Source of the DNA: a virus
Taxonomy: Duplodnaviria > Heunggongvirae > Uroviricota > Caudoviricetes
Virus record (IMG/VR): IMGVR_UViG_3300032167_000073
Length of the DNA: 37,548 nucleotides
Direction: 5' to 3' (one strand)
Below are positions 26,666-33,100 of the stretch, in pieces. The notes below the pieces were generated by a model that was not told the DNA's origin, did no database searches, and saw only the letters and a program-made list of their open reading frames with translations. Numbering within the stretch: the first letter of the stretch is position 1; each line of letters starts with the position of its first letter. Position numbers and translations under genes: made by a program.

Positions 26666-26925
26666 ATATAAAGTAATCTTCCTGTATAGCTGTATTCTGG
26701 CTTGTAACTACGTAACTCAGCGCCCATGAAACCTAAGCCGCCAGTGGCATAAGGCCATGCAAGAAGCGTCCGGACGCTGGTATCAGAAAGCTGTTTTAGG
26801 GTTGCCTTTCGGCAAGCGCCAAGGTGTATGCCCTCCCTCTGTCAAAGGATATGGTTTTCGCTCATCGCTACTCAGTCGAATCCTCGGTCTGTATACCATA
26901 GACACAGGCCGTGCCAAGAGTCTGT
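26666..26925 (-). ncRNA. Structured spacer (3' part of the DGR template RNA) between TR and RT
   Basis: 260-nt non-coding gap with perfect palindrome AGCGTCCGGACGCT (26765-26778) and minus-strand hairpin TTGCC-GAAA-GGCAA (26802-26815). Confidence 0.65.
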
Positions 26926-27039
26926 CGCCACGCCATTGCAATTGTTCGCGTTGTTATTGTTCGCACTGCCGTTGGTGTTCACATTGCAGAAATTGTTCGA
27001 GTTGGTCGCATTCGTCGAACGCAGCCACCAGTTAGCGGT
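26926..27039 (-). repeat. DGR template repeat (TR), 114 bp
   Basis: Minus strand reads TANWWLRSTNATNSNNFCNVNTNGSANNNNANNCNGVA with 15 AAY codons and 35 A; gapless match to VR. Confidence 0.97.
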
Positions 27040-27061
27040 AACAGGGCATAACCTGAAGAAG

Positions 27062-27508
27062 TCATTTCGTGTATTGTCTGTATCTTTCGATATCGGAGGT
27101 CATGACGGCTTTGATCAAAACAGATTCCTTGTTGAGATATTCAGCCCATGCTTCAAACACCTTCGCAGCGTCTTCCTTGCTTCCAAAGAAATTGTTTCCT
27201 TCAAGCAGGAATGTCAGCGTCACGGTAAGCAAACTGCTCATTGAGAAAATTGCCGAACGCGCTTTGATCAGGTGTTCTCTTCGCATGTTAAATTCCATTT
27301 CGGATATGCCCTTGTGGACATAGATGGAATTGGCACGCATAATATTGTCGTGTATTTCAATAGATAGCCGCAGGATTTCATCTGCAAAGATAAATCGCTG
27401 CGCTTTGGGGAATTTCTTGATTTGCCTTGCCGTATATACGGTTAAATCCTGTGCAACTTTCAGAAATTCCACCTTGGATTCTTTTCGTTTGGATGCATAA
27501 ACCGACAT
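27062..27508 (-). CDS. avd: DGR accessory variability determinant (bAvd-like four-helix bundle)
   Basis: 148 aa with FPK..RF...EI.....I...I..AN pattern; lies between target and TR. Confidence 0.88.
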   Translation of the reverse strand: MSVYASKRKESKVEFLKVAQDLTVYTARQIKKFPKAQRFIFADEILRLSIEIHDNIMRANSIYVHKGISEMEFNMRREHLIKARSAIFSMSSLLTVTLTFLLEGNNFFGSKEDAAKVFEAWAEYLNKESVLIKAVMTSDIERYRQYTK

Positions 27509-27533
27509 GATATTTTCCTTTCGTTCATGTCCA

Positions 27534-27574
27534 CATCCCTCCCGGTACAGGCTCCCGCCTATACCTTCGGGATG
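27534..27574 (-). promoter_or_regulatory. Hairpin/cruciform downstream of VR (candidate DGR homing element)
   Basis: Minus strand GGTATAGGC-GGGA-GCCTGTACC (27565-27544; 9-bp stem with one G-T pair, GNRA loop), extended by CATCCC/GGGATG. Confidence 0.75.
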
Positions 27575-27589
27575 GGGTAGATCAGTAGA

Positions 27590-29026
27590 TTAGACACAGA
27601 AGGCCGGCGCCACGCCAAAGCAACCGGTCGCGCCGGTAGCGGACGCACTGCCGGCGGTGTTCACAAGGCAGAAATAGGACGAGTAGGTCGCACGCGTCGA
27701 ACGCAGCCACCACGGAGCGGTCGATGTATTCGCGCTGTGTCGATAGAACACTCTGCTGTTACCATTTGCGTAGTACGCATATCTCTGCTGATAGTTTTGT
27801 TCTGCGCTGTTTGCATAAGTTCTAGCACCTTGTACTTCCCATTCGGAAAGCAGCCAGAGATAATCGGTCGTCGCCGTTACATAGGAAGCAGTATCCTTAC
27901 CGCCGCCTGTATTGTCGGAATACTTGGTGCATCCACGCATGACGCCACGCAGTTCTACGGGGAGTGCGGCCAGCAGGCTTCCTTCAAGCGGTTCAGATGG
28001 GAGATAATTGCTGCCCAGAAGGACAGTGCGCATCTTACTTGCATTCCATCCGCCGCTATTGGAGTTGGTGTAGTTCATATTGAAGTAACCAGCCGTGTTG
28101 CTGACGGAAGAATTGTATTTGGAGTCGATCAGGCACAGATTCTTACCGGAAGTCTGCGCAGACTTGCCGATCTGGAAGTGAATTGTTCCCTCACCCTCAT
28201 AGGTCGGATTATGATCAAAACCAAGGATGAACGCCCAGATGGACAGATTATCAAATGTCGTCAGGCCAACAGTTCCGTTGATGATAATCTCCTTCGTATC
28301 GCCGACTGCAAAATAGTTCGCAGCAAGACTGGAAGCGGACAGAACGGAAATGGTTGTCCAGTCGTTGTCGTTGAGAACGGGCTGAACCTCACCATTGAAG
28401 ATTTCAATATACTTTGCTTTGTGCGTCTGAACGCCAGCATTGTACGTCCATTCCTGACCGTCAATCTCGCAGCTCACAGTCCACGTGCCGCGCTCATAAA
28501 CGGTGAAATAATGTGCGCCCGTGCCTGTAGATGTGTAGGTCTTCGTGCCATTGGTACACGTAACCGTGGTGGAAACGTCGCCCATCACGTAGCAGCCAAC
28601 GGTCGCTTCAAAGAAGATGAGCTTCACGTTGTCAGCGCCCTTCAGGTTGCCCGTACCCTCGTCTGCAACACGATCTCCGCTTGTACCGTTTACCGTCCAA
28701 GTGCCGTCGCTTGGCACGCTCAGGAATACTTCGCCATTTGACAGTGTACCCGTCACGGTATCCGTACCGTTCGTCGCGGTAACAGAGCCAGTCTGAAGGT
28801 TAGAGGAAACAGACAGCAGCAGGCTATCCGTGTGATGCGGCCTTGTGCCTGTTACGCCAAAAATCTGTACGCCGTCAGCGATGTTGCTTGGGATGAAGTC
28901 TTCGTCGCCAGCTTCAAGGATGGCGTTCATCTCTACCGGCGTCATTTCATCCGTTGTGCCAGTCAGCTTCCTCATGCCGTCCGCCCATGCGGTCAGGGTA
29001 TCTTTCTGAATCAGATAAGCATCCAT
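27590..29026 (-). CDS. DGR target: tail-fibre / receptor-binding protein with C-terminal DUF6273/CLec-like variable domain
   Basis: N-terminal DTLTAWADGMRKLTG fibre-attachment-like segment, two beta-rich repeats, NDWTTI...FAVGD start of the C-terminal domain, WWLRS...GVAPAFCV end containing the VR. Confidence 0.92.
   Translation of the reverse strand: MDAYLIQKDTLTAWADGMRKLTGTTDEMTPVEMNAILEAGDEDFIPSNIADGVQIFGVTGTRPHHTDSLLLSVSSNLQTGSVTATNGTDTVTGTLSNGEVFLSVPSDGTWTVNGTSGDRVADEGTGNLKGADNVKLIFFEATVGCYVMGDVSTTVTCTNGTKTYTSTGTGAHYFTVYERGTWTVSCEIDGQEWTYNAGVQTHKAKYIEIFNGEVQPVLNDNDWTTISVLSASSLAANYFAVGDTKEIIINGTVGLTTFDNLSIWAFILGFDHNPTYEGEGTIHFQIGKSAQTSGKNLCLIDSKYNSSVSNTAGYFNMNYTNSNSGGWNASKMRTVLLGSNYLPSEPLEGSLLAALPVELRGVMRGCTKYSDNTGGGKDTASYVTATTDYLWLLSEWEVQGARTYANSAEQNYQQRYAYYANGNSRVFYRHSANTSTAPWWLRSTRATYSSYFCLVNTAGSASATGATGCFGVAPAFCV
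27608..27721 (-). repeat. DGR variable region (VR), 114 bp
   Basis: Encodes TAPWWLRSTRATYSSYFCLVNTAGSASATGATGCFGVA; 25 mismatches to TR, 24 at TR adenines. Confidence 0.97.
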
Positions 29027-29604
29027 CAGAAGCTCACCTCCTCAGCATTTTCAAGCGCCTGCGCAGCCCACGCGCCGGAGCTGTTCACGCACAGGAACTT
29101 GCCTGCGTCGCTTGCGGTAACGCTTGGCAGCAGTTTTGCGCGGATGTCGCTGTGCGCACTGGTATTTGTGTTGTGCGCGGAAACAGCAGAAGATGCCGTG
29201 CCGGATGCATCAGCGCCGACTTCACTTGCTGTATAGCTCGGCTTGCTCGCCGCTTTCGCCCAAGATGGAACGGTCGGGTCGGTTTCCGTGTGCCCCGTAA
29301 TAAACCCGCTGTCGTTTGTAAGCTGGCTCGTTTTGCTTGGAATCGTCGGCAGGTTTTTAAGATCGCTGTATTCGCCGCTCAGTGCAACCTCGGCAAGAGC
29401 CGCCATTACAGCGTCATCGCAGAACGGAAGCGCATTCACGTTCTTTGTTCCGTCGCCGATCTTCATACGCTCGTAGTCGTAATCGGCATCGATATCATAG
29501 ATGATCACTTCGCCCTTGAGCGGCGTGAAGTTCGTGGCCTTTGCCCAGTTTGCAGCGGTGTCATGCTTGCAGACCAAGCGGCCATAGATTCGTTTTTCAC
29601 TCAT
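29026..29604 (-). CDS. Tail-fibre protein with Mtd_N/hyaluronidase-N-like N-terminal domain
   Basis: KHDTAANWAKA...LKGE...MKIGDG...LPF motif plus fibre motifs SGEYSDLKNLP and DPTVPSWAKAASKP; TGATG overlap with the target gene. Confidence 0.8.
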   Translation of the reverse strand: MSEKRIYGRLVCKHDTAANWAKATNFTPLKGEVIIYDIDADYDYERMKIGDGTKNVNALPFCDDAVMAALAEVALSGEYSDLKNLPTIPSKTSQLTNDSGFITGHTETDPTVPSWAKAASKPSYTASEVGADASGTASSAVSAHNTNTSAHSDIRAKLLPSVTASDAGKFLCVNSSGAWAAQALENAEEVSF

Positions 29605-29740
29605 AGAATATACTCTCCTGTAAATCTTTCTTTTTCAAAACTGAGGAGAAAAGCGTGCCGTCATTTCAGGCACTTCTTTTTCACATAGAGAAAGAGGAGG
29701 GAGGATAAGACCCCTCCTCCTGTGCGATAAAATTGGTCTT

Positions 29741-30085
29741 TTACTGAAGCTTCAAAAGGATCGCTTCAAGCATGGTTTTCATGGACGCCATCTCATTGCG
29801 CAGACTCACGTTTTCCTGCTGCGCGATGGCGAATTCCGTTGACAGCCTGCCAAACTCCTCTTCGGAAATCTTGATCACTTCAACGGATTTAAGCTCGGTG
29901 TCAAACGTATACGGCCTGCCGACAAGGTGATAGACAGTGTTGTGATCGCTGCCCATCACGCCGTTGGCACTCTGGCTGTCCGTCTTGATCATTCGCTTTT
30001 GCTTCGGAAGATACCTGACCCACTGAACATCGGTCAGCAGGTCAAGCAGCATATTGTTGTGTAGCACCTTGTAAAACATGTTCAT
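29741..30085 (-). CDS. Small tail-associated protein with C-terminal coiled coil (possible fibre chaperone)
   Basis: SD GAGGTG; directly follows the giant gene. Confidence 0.72.
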   Translation of the reverse strand: MNMFYKVLHNNMLLDLLTDVQWVRYLPKQKRMIKTDSQSANGVMGSDHNTVYHLVGRPYTFDTELKSVEVIKISEEEFGRLSTEFAIAQQENVSLRNEMASMKTMLEAILLKLQ

Positions 30086-30100
30086 TCACCTCATTACGCA

Positions 30101-33100
30101 TCAGATACAGAATCCAAAGGCGATGCCAAGGTTCTGAGCAGACGCGCCAATGTTGCTCGGATCGCCCATAGAACCGATGTACCTATAATAGTGCATCATT
30201 TCAAGTCCCGTTGAGCGCGTCCAGTAGCTCTTCAGTCCGCCGCCTGCATTCTGCTTCTTGCGGCTTTCTGCGTTGGTGTATACTGGATACGGTTCACCCT
30301 GTCCAACCATAACGGAGTTGGCAACTTCCGCATTCAGCTCTCGGTCGGATGGGAGCCACAGCGTATCCGTGGTTTCGTTAAGCGCCTTGTCATAGAAGCC
30401 AAGGTCGCTGACCTTGATGACGGGCTTAATCACCTGCTGCAGTTCCGCTGGCATTGCGGCAAACAGCGTCTCCTGCATCCATGTGCGAAGGTCTGCGCTT
30501 CCCCAGCCGCCGACGTTCAGCGCCTTGGAACCCGTAGCCTCAGAGACATGCTGCGTCTGGTTCATGATGCGTGCCGTGTTGCCCATGATCTTGCAGATAA
30601 ACGTCAGCGCAGCGGTATCTTTGCCGCCGTTGTAGCTGTCGCTCACGGTCGCCAGCTTGTCGTGGTTGTGACCGACAATTTCCATCTCAACTTTGTTTTC
30701 AACGCCGCCCACGGTGTAAGTCATTACCTTGCGTCCGCCAAGGCCGTATGCGCTCACATCGCCGTTTTGCGCAGCCGCCGCAATGGTCGCCCAATCATCG
30801 TTAATGTAGCCGTCAAAGGCAAACTGCGCATAGTAATACGTAATGCCCGTGATCGGCACGTCGGGGGATGGAGACCAGCCGGAGAATTCATGATACGGAG
30901 AAGCGGTTTCACCGATCATCTTGTAAATCTGCGTCGTGTCGCCTACAAACACCGGGCATTCTCCGTAGAATGTCATGCACTCCTGCTCAAGCTTGTTATC
31001 GTTGTAGAAATAGCACTTGTAGCTGCGCAGAATCTCTTCAAATACCGGCTTGAGGACAAGCGGGGTAGTGACAACGCTGAAATCGCGATCCCACTTGGTA
31101 TACTCGTAGGTATATTGAGCAGTCTCCTTCTTCGTCGGCTTTGCCATCGTTCCAGCAAGAATCGGGTCGGTAGCCGCATTTCCTTCGACAATCCATTGAG
31201 ACTCAGCAATCTCGCCGTCATTGTCACAGAAATCAACGCGATATGTACCGGTGTACTTGGCGACAATGTGATACGGCTTGGTGACACTTGACGGCATCTC
31301 AGACCAACCGGCATACACATACGTTGCCGTCTCCGTATCCGGACGAACAGGCTGCGTAATGTGACCAGCGGTAATCGGGTTAATCGCCGCATCGCCCTCA
31401 TTACAGATGTAGCGATACAGAAGCTTGTTGTCGTAGTTCACATAGCGAACAAAGAACTTCGCTGTGCCTCCGGCAACGACAACCAAAGCGGGGAATACGT
31501 CGTTGATCTCTTCAAGCAGCGCATCGGAAATGCTGTCCACATATACACGTCCTTCGACCACGGCGAGATCCGTGTTGTTGCCGATAGCGTCCATACCGAT
31601 GCATTCCTTGAGCTTTTCATACGTTGTGCGCAGTGTTTCTTCGCTTGTCGCGTTCCATTCAACGCCGGACAGACGTACGCGGTCGAGGAGAGGTGCGTTG
31701 CATACAATGCTCTCAATGTCAATTCCCGGCGTATTCTCAATGCGAAGCGTCGTCAGGTTATCGACACCTTCAAGCACGACGGTTTCAAGATTCTTCTGGT
31801 TCTGGATCGTCAGGTTCGCCAGCGTCGCCGGAAGCTCGATGCGCTTGAGGTGTCCGCCGTTTGGCAGGCTGATGCCCGTCAGCTTCGTTCCTTTTGCCAG
31901 AATGGTTTCAAGGCCGTGGCATCCAGAGGCGTCGATTGTCGTCAGCTTTTCGCTTGTACAGTTCTGGATGTTGATCAGCGTCAGCAGTTCGTTGTTGCCG
32001 ACATCAAGGGAATAGAGGTTCGGATTTTCATATCCTTCTGCATCGGAGCCAAGAATGATTTCCTGAAGCTTTGTTGCAGAGGAGAAGACGGCGAGACCTA
32101 CCATGAGATGAGAAAGGTCGCCAACGGAAGCGATGCGGTCTGCGGAATAGATGTAGACTTCAGTATCGTTCATCTGATCCAGCGGACATTCCATCGTGTA
32201 GGTTTCGTTGCGGTATCCTCTGTTGGTTACGGTCGCGCTGCCGAACTTGATGCGCGGCCAGATGTGGCTGTATGGGGTAACATCGATATTGCCCGTATCA
32301 TAGCAGCGCAGGGTGATGTAGTTGGTATTTGCTTCACCCGCCTGATGTTTGCTATCGCGGAACTTAAAGCCATTGAAGAGCCAGAAATCACGCTGCGCAT
32401 CCTTGTCGCCCTGAAGCATTTCGAGGTAGTTTTCGCCTTTGACAAGGAACGGCTCAAGCCACTTCTTGTAGGCATCCTCGTTCCAGATTGCCTGCGGCCA
32501 AGTCTGCTGATGGTTGCGCATCTTGTCGCGGATCGTTTCATAACTCAGCGTTCCGGCATTACGAAGGGTCTGATACATTTCGGTGATTTCGTTCTTAAAC
32601 GCATCGCGCACGTTGCACCAAAGAGCGCTGTGCTGTCCGTTGAAGACGTCTTCACCATTCACGGTATCTGTGTCTTCGAGGTTGTAGTCAAAGACAAGCT
32701 GTCCTTCGTTGTTGATACCAATTGCGGTATCCCAGTCGTAGGGGATAGGGAACCAGTGCTGACCGTCGAATGTGGTCAGGAACATGTTCTTCGCGCGGTT
32801 GTCAACCATCAGGAAGATTTCTGTGAAAAGGTAGTAGAACACGCAGGCGTCCTTGATCAGATACTGATCGAATTCATCCTTGAACTTCGCAAGACGCGCG
32901 GCCTTTTCTTCTTCGCTGTCCACCAGCTCGCGGTTGCATTCAACCAGCCAATCGGTCAGGCGCTTAAACTGCGCGTAATCGCGGTACGGGTCGTCGAGGT
33001 CGGGGAAGCGTGCTTCAAAGTCGTCCGTCCAAGCCGGATATTCTTCACCCTTTTCGTCAATCGCCATCTGCTCGAATTCAGATTCCTTGAAGATCACGCG

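Larger units (their letters stand above)
25265..29026 (-). mobile_element. Diversity-generating retroelement: target(VR)-hairpin-avd-TR-spacer-RT
   Basis: All canonical components are present in BPP-1 order, and TR/VR mismatches are adenine-specific. Confidence 0.97.

Noticed and set aside
30101-30260. Possible second VR at the end of the giant gene
   Set aside because: Codons differ from TR at many non-adenine positions, so it cannot derive from this TR. Kept only as a paralog finding.
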